Shown here in pieces: positions 49,731 through 59,367 of a DNA stretch of 64,000 nucleotides. Source of the DNA: a virus. Location of the stretch: IMG/VR virus record IMGVR_UViG_3300005573_000006, positions 1 to 64,000 of that record; one strand, written 5' to 3'. Numbering within the stretch: position 1 is the first letter of the stretch; every line of letters starts with the position of its first letter. The notes beneath the pieces are model-generated. The model saw only the letters and a program-made list of their open reading frames with translations, was not told the origin of the DNA and did not search any database. The position numbers and the translations under genes are program-made.

Positions 49731-51079
49731 TAATATGTTCTTTTATTCGGACGAATAACAAAATTACTACTGTCCAAACCAATGCCTAATGGCTCCTCAT
49801 TTAATTTCCAACATGCAAGAGCTAATGAGTTTAAACAATCATCTTTTCTTGAAGAACCATATATTATATTCCCGCTTGGAGAAAAACGATATGAAAAAGA
49901 CCTTATTTCTTGTATTAATTGGGGAATACGTGGAAAAGATATTTTATTTCTATCCATTAATATCGCAAGTTTATCTATTAACAATCTTTTACTTTTATTA
50001 GTATAAACAAAATCTACATCAACGTTTGCTCCCATGTTTTTTAAATCTTCAGAAAATATATCACCACCATTTCCTGTAGCATCTAAAATAATTTCTGCAT
50101 TATTGTACTTTTGAGATATATCTTTAATTTTCGCTCTCATAAATTGCCATGATAAATTGTTTGCCCTATAAAAACCAACAACCCTATGCGTCATTCTATC
50201 CACAACGGTAGCAACAGTAAAATCTTCTATCTTTGCAATATCACATCCTAAAAAATATAAATGACCCGGTATAGGAGTTTCAAACCATTCATTTGGATCA
50301 TCTACAATTATACTATCATCTATACACTGATCAAACTTTTTAAATCTTTGCCCAGCGCCTTCTTTAAATTCACCTAAATATTCTGAAACCCAAATATCCC
50401 TCGGAGTAGCCGCCTTAATATTTCTTAGTTCTTCTACACTCACAGCATATGGATTGTTAGTTCCGATAACTTCTCCATTCTCGTCTTCAATAGCTGTAGG
50501 AAAAGAAAAAGAAATATATTCAGGATGTTCTACTCTTCCTTCTGGTGTCCCCCATAAATATTTCTCATAAAACCAATTATATCCAAATGGATTAGATATT
50601 AAAAATGCCCTACCATTTTTATCTATAAGATTTGGACGAATATAACCATCCCATATACCATCATCTATTCTGGCCGCTTCATCCATAATAGCTAAATCTA
50701 GTCCTTTACCGAGTAACGACTCGGTTGTTTCAGAAGTTTTCATCCATAATTTTGCTCCGGTTACATTGTTTTCAATAATACGATCATGTTTATTAACTCT
50801 AAAAGGGCCCTGTTCGCCAGCAAAATATCTATCAATCCATTCTTCTATATAATCCCAGACACGGGAAGCAAGTTCATAATTAGGGCCAATTATCCACACA
50901 GTATGTCTTGGCATCCACATTTCTCTTAATCCCAAATATGCGGCTAAAAAAGTTTTCCCGAGCCTTTTTGCCGAGGCAACTACAGTAAAACGCCCCATAT
51001 TCTGAAGTATATATTTCTGAACAGCATGAGGATGAAAATTTATTTTTTGTTTTATTGCCGCAAAACTAATACTCTTCAT
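49727..51079 (-). CDS. terL: terminase large subunit
   Basis: PHAVQ, AKRLGKT, GKGLDLAIMDEAA, ISNPFG.NWFY, EYLGEF, GCDIAK..DFTV, DATGNG, DDCLNSLALA. Confidence 0.95.
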   Translation of the reverse strand: MKSISFAAIKQKINFHPHAVQKYILQNMGRFTVVASAKRLGKTFLAAYLGLREMWMPRHTVWIIGPNYELASRVWDYIEEWIDRYFAGEQGPFRVNKHDRIIENNVTGAKLWMKTSETTESLLGKGLDLAIMDEAARIDDGIWDGYIRPNLIDKNGRAFLISNPFGYNWFYEKYLWGTPEGRVEHPEYISFSFPTAIEDENGEVIGTNNPYAVSVEELRNIKAATPRDIWVSEYLGEFKEGAGQRFKKFDQCIDDSIIVDDPNEWFETPIPGHLYFLGCDIAKIEDFTVATVVDRMTHRVVGFYRANNLSWQFMRAKIKDISQKYNNAEIILDATGNGGDIFSEDLKNMGANVDVDFVYTNKSKRLLIDKLAILMDRNKISFPRIPQLIQEIRSFSYRFSPSGNIIYGSSRKDDCLNSLALACWKLNEEPLGIGLDSSNFVIRPNKRTYY

Positions 51080-51712
51080 TTATACAGTATCCATAATATC
51101 AAGTCGTGTTTTTCTTTCATCCATATGATCATCTGGAAAATCTTCTTCAGATTCTCTATATATTGGCTCAATAACTTCGCGAATTTTAGTATCAGAAATA
51201 ACTTTATCTGTAAACATAGCCTGTGTTTTACCCATAAGTTCTAACAACCTGGTTTTTTCTGCTATAGTTGCATGATCGTGATTATAAAGTTTAAGCATTT
51301 CTTTTTTAATAAAATCTGGATTAACATCATCAAAAGTAAAAGCCGCAACAAGTTCTGGAGCTTTTGCCTTAATTCTTGCCAATACCTGAGCAGCCATAGC
51401 ACCACATTTAGCATTTTCTATTCTTTTATCAGGATAACTTTTAACTTTATATGCCGCCCTATACGCTTCCTGCATATTTCCGGTTTGCGATAACACCATT
51501 AAAAATTTCTTTTCGTTTATGGTAACCTTCTTTTTATGTACGGCACTATATGGATTCCAGGGAGGATTTACTCCTTTTGTAGGCTTATATCCCTTCCATT
51601 TCTTTAATTCCGGATCCCAATATGCCCCACTTGGATGCGGATTTTCCTTAGTAAACAAAGACCGAGCTTCTTCTATAGAAAGTTGAGATTTTTTTTCTAT
51701 ATTTTCATTCAT
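51080..51712 (-). CDS. terS: terminase small subunit
   Basis: EKKF.....TGN..EAYRAAY HTH-like; LELMGK..AMFTDK; directly upstream of terL. Confidence 0.8.
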   Translation of the reverse strand: MNENIEKKSQLSIEEARSLFTKENPHPSGAYWDPELKKWKGYKPTKGVNPPWNPYSAVHKKKVTINEKKFLMVLSQTGNMQEAYRAAYKVKSYPDKRIENAKCGAMAAQVLARIKAKAPELVAAFTFDDVNPDFIKKEMLKLYNHDHATIAEKTRLLELMGKTQAMFTDKVISDTKIREVIEPIYRESEEDFPDDHMDERKTRLDIMDTV

Positions 51713-51719
51713 ATATATT

Positions 51720-51795
51720 ATTATACCATATTGACAAGTTTTATTCAAGCTGTTGATAACTACCTATTGCTTTTAATTCAAAAATATGCTAAACT
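51720..51795. promoter_or_regulatory. divergent promoter pair separated by a DnaA-box-like site
   Basis: Minus: TTGAAT-17-TATAAT, 7 nt to terS ATG. Plus: TTGCTT-17-TAAACT, 6 nt to ATG 51802. TGTTGATAA at 51751-59. Confidence 0.75.
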
Positions 51796-51801
51796 TAATA
51801 T

Positions 51802-52203
51802 ATGAAAAAGAAAAATAACAAATTTTTACCAAAAGGTAAAAAAACCCTGGCGGTCGATCTTGATGGGACAATAGCAAAAATAAATCCACTTGCAGGTATA
51901 ACAATAGGTAGCCCAATCAAAGAGGCTATTCCAATATTGAAAAAATTTAAAAGGGCCGGTTGGCAAATAATTCTCTATACCGTTAGGCCAGATGAATGGG
52001 TATTGCGAAAATGGTGTGACAAAAACTTCCCCAAAATATTTGATGCTATAAATTGTAATCCTGAAGATGTAAGACAATGGGGGATAGTCAGTGCTAAACC
52101 AAAAGCAACCATCTATTTAGACGATTGTGCATGGCCCAATAACGGTTTTTTTGATTGGAAAAAATTTAAAGAAGATGCAATAAAAAACAAATGGATAAAA
52201 TAA
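51802..52203 (+). CDS. HAD-superfamily hydrolase
   Basis: AVDLDGTIA, ILYTVR, KP.A..YLDD. Confidence 0.85.
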   Translation: MKKKNNKFLPKGKKTLAVDLDGTIAKINPLAGITIGSPIKEAIPILKKFKRAGWQIILYTVRPDEWVLRKWCDKNFPKIFDAINCNPEDVRQWGIVSAKPKATIYLDDCAWPNNGFFDWKKFKEDAIKNKWIK

Positions 52204-52637
52204 AAACGAATACAATATATTCAGGACATGTAATTGATGTCCTGCGAACTTTTCCTGATGAAAGTATTGATATGGTAATTACTTCTCCGCCATATTGGGG
52301 ATTACGCGTATATAAGGCCGGAGGCGTTATCTGGGATGGAGATAAAGAATGTAATCATGAATGGAGTAACAATGTTCTAGCAGGAGGAAGGGCCGGACGT
52401 CCGTGGGGAGATACGGGACTACATAAGATACAACAACAATCATGGGACCAAAAACAACTTTCTTTTCAGCATAAAGAAACCATGTCGGCTTTTTGTACTA
52501 AATGCAATGCATGGATTGGAGAACTTGGACTTGAACCGAGTTTTGAAGATCAAATATTTGAAATAGAAATAATGGAACCAAAAAAAGATCTGACCAAAGA
52601 AGATTTAGACATGCTTAAAAAAGAGCTTGGTTTTTGA
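52191..52637 (+). CDS. DNA N4-C/N6-A methyltransferase, N-terminal part (catalytic motif IV)
   Basis: PDESIDMVITSPPYWGLR.Y ... GELGLEP. Confidence 0.9.
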   Translation: MDKIKTNTIYSGHVIDVLRTFPDESIDMVITSPPYWGLRVYKAGGVIWDGDKECNHEWSNNVLAGGRAGRPWGDTGLHKIQQQSWDQKQLSFQHKETMSAFCTKCNAWIGELGLEPSFEDQIFEIEIMEPKKDLTKEDLDMLKKELGF

Positions 52638-52662
52638 TAATCTTTGTGATCTGATAGATAGC

Positions 52663-53484
52663 ATGAGTATAAAAAACATAGTAGAAAACAAAAGAAGATG
52701 GAGTAACCCAGAATATAAAAAAAGAGTTGGGAATAAGATTTCTAATACCTTGCGCGGAAGAAAAATGTCGGATGATACTAAACAAAAAATATCTAAAAAA
52801 TTAAAGGGAAGAAAAACATGGAAAACAAGGATAAGAATCCTAAAAGGAAAGGACCATCCAAACTGGAAAGGAGGAACAACACCACAACGACAACAAGAAT
52901 ATGCCACAGAATCTTATAAACTATTTGTTAATACCGTATTACAAAGGGATGATTATACTTGTCAAGAATGCGGGGCAAAAAACGGAAATGGTTATAATGT
53001 CAGACTTAATGTTCATCATATAAAATCATATGCCGAAAATCCAACATTAAGATTCGATATTAATAATGGAATAACGTTATGTTTCATTTGTCATAATAAA
53101 ACTAAATCAAAAACGCCAAAACCCAGTAGGATTGATAAAATATTGATTAAAAAAATATGCCAGAAATGCGGTGAGGAGTTTCAAAAAAGAAATCCCCAAA
53201 AATACTGTGATAAGTGTAAAGAAACAATATGTGAATATTGTGGCGAAACATTTATATCAAGAAATAGTAAAAGATATCAAAAGTTTTGTTCCCGAAAATG
53301 CTATGGTCAATGGTGGTCAAAAAACAAAGTAAAAGAAAATAACCCCCACTGGAAAGGGTATATTGAAAAAGATTGTATAAATTGTCTAAAAAAAATTAAA
53401 AGAAGGGATAACGAAATTTTAACAAATTATAATAAAAGAAAGTTTTGTTGTCTAAAATGTGCATATGATTATAGAAAAAAGTAA
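52663..53484 (+). mobile_element. HNH homing endonuclease (NUMOD3-like repeats, HNH, Zn fingers) inserted in the methyltransferase
   Basis: KISNTLRGR..S..TKQKISK, HPNWKGG, RDDYTCQECG, VHHIK, NGITLC..CH, FCSRKC. Confidence 0.9.
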
Positions 53485-54541
53485 AATACCTCAACATTTA
53501 TTAAAATACTTTCAGTTAAAAGAAAAGAAAAAAATAGTTCGTCGTGGTTATATTTCACATCTTTGTGACATTTTTGATGAAATAAAAAGAGTGTTAACCA
53601 AAGATGGAACTTGTTGGGTAAACATAGGAGACACTTATCAGTCCGCACCAGTTAGCGGTAAACAAGGTGGTTTTTCTGGTAAAGCAGCTAAAAATAATCC
53701 AGAATATGCCGAAGCAATATTAGTAAAAAAACCAAAAAGCAGACTTAAAAATAAAACACTTTTACAAATACCGGCCCGGTTTGCTATAGAAATGTGTAAT
53801 CGTGGATGGATACTAAGAAACGATTTGATCTGGAAAAAACCAAATATTCTTCCGAGTTCTGTCAAAGATAGATTCACGGTTGATTATGAACATATTTTCT
53901 TCTTCGTAAAAAATGAAAAGTATTATTTTGAACAACAATTTGAACCGTATGCTACATCTACAAAAAATGATAAAAGATTTGAAATAGCCAAAGAAGGAAA
54001 ATATACCGGCGGGACAAATGTAAAAAAAGGATATGAAGAAAGCAAAGCACAAAATCCCATTGAGGTTAGAAACAATGTATTTAATGCCGGACTTGGACAA
54101 GGAAGAAATATGCGAAGCGTATGGACTATAACAACTAAAGGGTTTCGGGGAGCCCATTTTGCCGTATATCCAGAGAAACTTATAGAAACACCAATAAAAG
54201 CAGGTTGTCCAGAACTTAGATGTTTAACATGCGGAAAACCACGAAAAAAGATAATAACAAACGAACATGTTGGTGGAACACCATATTATCCGCAACATAA
54301 ATGGCAAAAAGAAAATAATGTTGGCCCACGTCCAAGAGATTATATTGCTAAAAAAGAATTTTGCGGATACACAGACTGCGGACATAATAACTGGCGTAAA
54401 GGAATAGTATTAGACCCGTTTTTTGGATCGGGAACCACTGGAGTTGTGGCAGAAAAACTAAATAGGGATTGGATAGGTATAGAACTAAATAAAGAATTTA
54501 TTAATATAGCAGAAAAAAGAATAAATGAAGAAAGAAGATAA
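53465..54541 (+). CDS. DNA methyltransferase, C-terminal part (SAM-binding motif I)
   Basis: YISHLCDIFDEIKRVL..DGTCWVNIGDTY, GWILRN.LIW.KPN..P.SVKDR, HFAVYPEKL, VLDPFFGSGTT, GIELN. Confidence 0.92.
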   Translation: MIIEKSKIPQHLLKYFQLKEKKKIVRRGYISHLCDIFDEIKRVLTKDGTCWVNIGDTYQSAPVSGKQGGFSGKAAKNNPEYAEAILVKKPKSRLKNKTLLQIPARFAIEMCNRGWILRNDLIWKKPNILPSSVKDRFTVDYEHIFFFVKNEKYYFEQQFEPYATSTKNDKRFEIAKEGKYTGGTNVKKGYEESKAQNPIEVRNNVFNAGLGQGRNMRSVWTITTKGFRGAHFAVYPEKLIETPIKAGCPELRCLTCGKPRKKIITNEHVGGTPYYPQHKWQKENNVGPRPRDYIAKKEFCGYTDCGHNNWRKGIVLDPFFGSGTTGVVAEKLNRDWIGIELNKEFINIAEKRINEERR

Positions 54542-54625
54542 GGCATTTTGGTTATCAATATGGTTGCTTATAGGACTTTATGGTTCTGTTCTTTTAACCA
54601 TATTTATAATGAAAATATTACAAAA

Positions 54626-55060
54626 ATGACAAAATTTAAAATATACCCAGAAAAAGGAAACAAACAATATTATTCAGTAATAATATTTGACAAAAAAGCT
54701 GATATGATAAAATATTCATGTGCCATAACAAAAAGACCGTTACATCTATTTGAGGCAGTAGCACATTCATATTACGCTTATTATAAAAGAAACAAAAAAT
54801 ATATATTGTCAAAGCAAATAGGAAGTATACTGTTTTATAAAAACGGATTTGGAGTAGGAACCGTTGCCCATGAAATAGCTCACGCAACCAATTACTATTT
54901 TAATAGAAAAAAGATAAAATTTAGAATTGGTAATGTTATAAAACCAACAAAACAATGGTTTAAATATGATGAAGCATACGCCCATATTTTAGGATATATG
55001 ATAAATCAGTTTTGGAATAAATATAATGGTAAAGTAAAAACTAAATCAGAAAAATATTAA
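54626..55060 (+). CDS. zincin-like HExxH protein
   Basis: VAHEIAHA ... EAYAH..GY. Confidence 0.6.
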   Translation: MTKFKIYPEKGNKQYYSVIIFDKKADMIKYSCAITKRPLHLFEAVAHSYYAYYKRNKKYILSKQIGSILFYKNGFGVGTVAHEIAHATNYYFNRKKIKFRIGNVIKPTKQWFKYDEAYAHILGYMINQFWNKYNGKVKTKSEKY

Positions 55061-58000
55061 TGAAATTTACACATTTACATGTTCACTCAATGTACTCATT
55101 GCTTGACGGACTACCAAGTCCGATTTCTTTAGTTGAAGAAACAAAAAAACTTGGAATGGATTCAATTGCCTTGACAGATCATGGAAATATGTATGGAGCA
55201 ATAGAATTTTACAAAGCCGCGAAAGCCAATGGTATAAAACCAATATTGGGTTGTGAAGTTTACATTACCAAAGATATGTTCAAAAAAAGCATTAAAGATG
55301 ATAACCAAATTTATCACTTAACATTATTGGCCATGGACAATAATGGATATCATAATCTAATTAAGTTAGTTAGCGAATCAAACATTCATGGATTTTATTA
55401 TAAACCAAGAATAGATTTTAATTTATTATCTAAATATAATGAAGGATTAATTTGTCTATCTGGATGTCTTGGAGGAGAATTGTCACAATTATTACTTTTA
55501 AAACAATATAGCGAAGCCGCTCAACTTGCCATAAAATATAAAAATCTATTTGGAGATAGATATTATATAGAAATAATGCGACACCCAAATAATAAAGATC
55601 AGTGCATTGTTTCACCAGAACTTATTAAACTATCATCAATGTTAGATATACCAATGGTAGCCACAACAGATTTACACTACCTTCACAAAAAAGATATCGA
55701 TACTCATGAAGTATTTTTAGCTATTAATACAGGAAAAAACCTAGATAATAAAGATAGGCTTTCTATGAAAGATAGTGACATATTTCTTGCTTCACCAGAA
55801 GAAATGATAAAAAAATTTAAAGACATACCCGAGGCAATAAATAATACACAAATAATTGCAGATAGATGTAATGTTGATATTAAACTTGGAGAAATAAAAC
55901 TACCAAAATTTAATGTGCCAAAAGGAGAGACGTATGATTCATATCTTAGAAAACTTTGTTTAAATAGCCCTAAAAACAAAAATGAATATTCAGATAGATT
56001 AGAATATGAACTAAAAATTATTGAAAAAACAAAGTTTGCATCATATTTACTAATTGTTTGGGATATTATAAAATGGGCAAAAGAACATGATATAATGGTT
56101 GGCCCAGGACGTGGTTCTGCCGCAGGTAGTATAATATGTTATCTTTTGGATATTACAAATATAGATCCGTTAAAATATGGATTATTATTTGAACGTTTTA
56201 TGAACCCAGATAGAATATCTATGCCAGATATAGATATGGATTTTGACGACACAAAAAGAGATGCGGTTATTAAATATGTGTCAGATAAATACGGACAAGA
56301 TAATGTCGCCCAAATTATCACATTTGGCACAATGTTTTCAAGATCTGCAATAAGGGATGCCGGTAGGGCAATGAAATATGATCTTAAAACGTGTGATAGA
56401 ATAGCCAAAATGATACCGTTCAATAGTTCATTAGCCGATTCGTTAAACAATGTTAAAGAACTAAAAAAAGAATATGAAGATCCAAAATCTAAAAAACTAA
56501 TAGACATGGCAATGAAACTAGAAGGAGTTGTTAGGCATGTCGGGAAACATGCTTGCGGAGTGATCATATCTGATAAACCAATAACCGATTATATGCCGAT
56601 TCAGTTATCAAAAGAAAAATCAGTAATGTCTCAATATGATATGAAGATTATTGAAGACCTGGGATTATTAAAAATGGATTTTCTTGGACTAAGAAACCTT
56701 TCGGTAATTTCTGAATGTCAGAAACTAATAAAAAAACAACTTGGTGAAGATGTAAATGTAAACAATATTCCCTTAAATGACAAATTAACATACAAACTAT
56801 TACAAGAAGCAAAAACAACTTCTGTGTTTCAACTTGAATCTGATGGAATGAAAAAATATCTAAAGAAATTAAAACCAACAAATATTGATGATATTTCGGT
56901 TCTTATAGCATTATACAGACCCGGTCCAATGAATTTAATACCAGAATATATAGCAAGAAAACACGGAGAAAAAACAATAACATATTTACATCCAAAACTT
57001 GAACCAATACTAAAAGACACTTACGGTATTATGATATACCAAGAACAACTTATTTCGGCCGTTCAAGCATTAGCAGGCATGACATTGGCACAAGCAGATG
57101 TTTTAAGAAAAGCTGTTGCCAAAAAAGACGCTAAACTTTTGAAACAACAAGAATCTAAATTCAAAGACGGATGTAAACAAAATAAAATAAGTAACAATGT
57201 ATCCAACACATTTTGGAACCTAATAGAACCGTTTATAGGATACGGATTTAATCGATCACATTCTACATCTTATGCCATAATAGGTTATCAAACAGCATAT
57301 TTAAAAGCAAATTATCCGGTTCAATATATGGTGGCAGAAATGAATTCCGATGACAAAATAGAAAGAATAACCGAATTAATGCCAGAACTTGAAAGTATTG
57401 GTATAAAAATAGCCCCTCCGGATATTAATATAAGCGAACAAAAATTTGTCGGAACCGGTAATAAGATATTATTTTCTTTATCGGCCATAAAAGGAATGGG
57501 CAAGAAGGCCATAGAAACAATAATAGAAGAAAGAAAAAATGGGCCATATAAATCTATAGATGATTTTATTTACAGACTAAACGGAACATCTATTACCAAA
57601 AAAACAATAGAAATCTTAGCAAAATCAGGGGCATTTGATACATTTGGTGAGTGGACTAAAAGAAATCAAATATCAAAGTCGGCAGAACAAATAGCAGAAA
57701 GTATAAAATTTAAATATAAAGATTTACTTCCACCAATAATCTATTCAAGTGTTAAAACTTCATGGAAACAAATGGTATCTTGGGAAAAAGAACTACTTGG
57801 ACTATATTTAACCACAAATCCGGCGCTTAATTATGCCGTAGAGATAAAAAAACATGGAACCATAGACATAAACAGAATATCTGAATATCAAAATAAAAAC
57901 ATCAAAATTGGCGGAGTAATTACCGATCTTAAAAAGATCATTCTAAAAAGTGGCAGAACCTTTTATAACTTTAGATTACAAGATACTACAGGATCAATAA

Positions 58001-58125
58001 ACTTATCAATATCAAGCGGTTTATATAATAAAAAACCGTTCAGCACAAACTCTGTAGTAATTTTATACGGTCAATATAAAGATAAATTTAAAATATTTAG
58101 TTGCGATCTAATAGATTCTTTTTAA
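55060..58125 (+). CDS. dnaE: DNA polymerase III alpha subunit (family C)
   Basis: HLHVHS.YSLLDG, ALTDHG, GPGRGSAAGS, LLFERF, MPDIDMDF, KMDFLGL, FQLES, GFNRSH, C-terminal OB fold. Confidence 0.98.
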   Translation: MKFTHLHVHSMYSLLDGLPSPISLVEETKKLGMDSIALTDHGNMYGAIEFYKAAKANGIKPILGCEVYITKDMFKKSIKDDNQIYHLTLLAMDNNGYHNLIKLVSESNIHGFYYKPRIDFNLLSKYNEGLICLSGCLGGELSQLLLLKQYSEAAQLAIKYKNLFGDRYYIEIMRHPNNKDQCIVSPELIKLSSMLDIPMVATTDLHYLHKKDIDTHEVFLAINTGKNLDNKDRLSMKDSDIFLASPEEMIKKFKDIPEAINNTQIIADRCNVDIKLGEIKLPKFNVPKGETYDSYLRKLCLNSPKNKNEYSDRLEYELKIIEKTKFASYLLIVWDIIKWAKEHDIMVGPGRGSAAGSIICYLLDITNIDPLKYGLLFERFMNPDRISMPDIDMDFDDTKRDAVIKYVSDKYGQDNVAQIITFGTMFSRSAIRDAGRAMKYDLKTCDRIAKMIPFNSSLADSLNNVKELKKEYEDPKSKKLIDMAMKLEGVVRHVGKHACGVIISDKPITDYMPIQLSKEKSVMSQYDMKIIEDLGLLKMDFLGLRNLSVISECQKLIKKQLGEDVNVNNIPLNDKLTYKLLQEAKTTSVFQLESDGMKKYLKKLKPTNIDDISVLIALYRPGPMNLIPEYIARKHGEKTITYLHPKLEPILKDTYGIMIYQEQLISAVQALAGMTLAQADVLRKAVAKKDAKLLKQQESKFKDGCKQNKISNNVSNTFWNLIEPFIGYGFNRSHSTSYAIIGYQTAYLKANYPVQYMVAEMNSDDKIERITELMPELESIGIKIAPPDINISEQKFVGTGNKILFSLSAIKGMGKKAIETIIEERKNGPYKSIDDFIYRLNGTSITKKTIEILAKSGAFDTFGEWTKRNQISKSAEQIAESIKFKYKDLLPPIIYSSVKTSWKQMVSWEKELLGLYLTTNPALNYAVEIKKHGTIDINRISEYQNKNIKIGGVITDLKKIILKSGRTFYNFRLQDTTGSINLSISSGLYNKKPFSTNSVVILYGQYKDKFKIFSCDLIDSF

Positions 58126-58208
58126 AAAAGGGGGACATTCTATAGCGGACTCAAGTGTCCTAGAATAATCCCCAAGGTTTCTTCCTGTCTCACGCGGGCG
58201 GAAGAATA
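58124..58208 (-). ncRNA. candidate ~85-nt small RNA with its own promoter and terminator
   Basis: TTGTAA (58237-42), 17 nt, TGA-TATAAT (58214-19); 5' hairpin TTCTTCC/GGAAGAA; long 3' hairpin followed by a U-tract; no plausible ORF. Confidence 0.65.
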
Positions 58209-58231
58209 CTTCTATTATATCATAAGCATCA

Positions 58232-58288
58232 TTAGTTTACAAGATCATTACCGTTTGGGCAAATAATCGGAAACTTATGAAATATCAT
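58232..58288 (-). CDS. 18-aa micropeptide MIFHKFPIICPNGNDLVN
   Basis: TTGATA-17-TGC-TATACT promoter (58305-33), AGGAGGAGG RBS, ATG. Confidence 0.5.
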   Translation of the reverse strand: MIFHKFPIICPNGNDLVN

Positions 58289-58454
58289 ATTGTCCTCCTC
58301 CTATAGTATAGCATACATATACACAAGTATCAACCCCTCATCTTCATAAATTACCTAAAACATAAATTTTGTTCGGAAACAAGTTGTTTTTAAATTCCTT
58401 CCTTTTCTCCCAAACGGGGACATAACATTTCAAGCCTTTTGTCAAGACTTGTTT

Positions 58455-58685
58455 TTATCAACAAGTTGTCCACTTCCCCCGCTTGCATTGACTTCTTTTT
58501 TATGCTATGCTTTGGTTAGGCAATGTTTTGGTTTCTTTACAAAACTTTAAGATATGTTATAACAACAACACACTTTTTATATATGTCAATAAAAAGTTGT
58601 CCACTTGCTTTGGTTTTTACTTTTTGCTATAATTAGATTAGTAAAGTAAAGTTGTCCACATCTTTACTTTTAACAAAGATGTGGC
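58455..58685 (+). promoter_or_regulatory. early promoter cluster with four DnaA-box-like sites (possible origin)
   Basis: TTATCAACA 58455, TTGTCCACT 58466 and 58597, TTGTCCACA 58652; promoters TTGCAT-17-TATGCT (58483-58511) and TTGCTT-17-TATAAT (58605-33). Confidence 0.65.
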
Positions 58686-58727
58686 GATGTTCATTAAAAA
58701 CTCCATAAGCGGCGATGGGGTTATAAT

Positions 58728-59087
58728 ATGAGAACCATTAAAACAGCATTAAGATCGGGTTTTGTCAAGACGCAAGCAACAAGAGTCAGAAGCGGTTTTG
58801 TTAGGGATATCCAAGATCTAGGTTTAGAGGTTGGAGGTGATCCTTGTGTTTTGACTGAAGAAGAGTTTCGAAGTTATGGCTTTTCTGAACGGACTATTAA
58901 GAATGGCCCAAGATATCTATTGAACAATAAAGCAAGCGAGAAAAGAGGCGAGTTTTATGCGGTAGCTCGTGGAGTTGCTACCGGTGAATTAGCTGAAGAG
59001 TTGCAAGTTCCTGAAAATACGCCGGTTATACAAATCGCTAGAGTTGCAACAAAAAAAGAGATCGGGACGCATTTTTTAACCGAGTAG
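58728..59087 (+). CDS. first early gene, hypothetical
   Basis: 119 aa downstream of the promoter cluster; internal RSGFV duplication. Confidence 0.75.
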   Translation: MRTIKTALRSGFVKTQATRVRSGFVRDIQDLGLEVGGDPCVLTEEEFRSYGFSERTIKNGPRYLLNNKASEKRGEFYAVARGVATGELAEELQVPENTPVIQIARVATKKEIGTHFLTE

Positions 59088-59147
59088 ATATTCCGTAGCT
59101 ATGAATTAAACGCCGCTATTCGTAGCTACTAGAATGTTTATTCTATT

Positions 59148-59176
59148 AACTCATCGGAGGTCGGGATGAGTTTTTG
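59148..59176 (+). terminator. intrinsic terminator
   Basis: AACTCATC-GGAGGTCGG-GATGAGTT-TTTG. Confidence 0.65.
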
Positions 59177-59194
59177 AACCAGTAAATTAAAAAC

Positions 59195-59359
59195 ATGGTC
59201 AAAATTGCTATTGAAAAATACAGTAAAAACTTATACCGTGGAATTGGAATTGTAAATGGATTACCGATTATAATTTTTGGAAGCAGTTTCATGAATGTCA
59301 TTACAAAAGCCTTGTATGAATATATGAAAAGACGAGCATTTTTTACTGAAGAATGCTAG
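59195..59359 (+). CDS. small hypothetical protein (54 aa)
   Basis: MVKIAIEKYSKNLYRGIG...; AATTAAAAC-ATG leader. Confidence 0.5.
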   Translation: MVKIAIEKYSKNLYRGIGIVNGLPIIIFGSSFMNVITKALYEYMKRRAFFTEEC

Positions 59360-59367
59360 TATAAATT

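Noticed and set aside
52548-53545. Group I intron or intein in the methyltransferase
   Set aside because: No recognisable core elements and only 25 non-coding nt. Stop codon, frame changes and no intein termini. A covariance search would be needed to exclude it formally.
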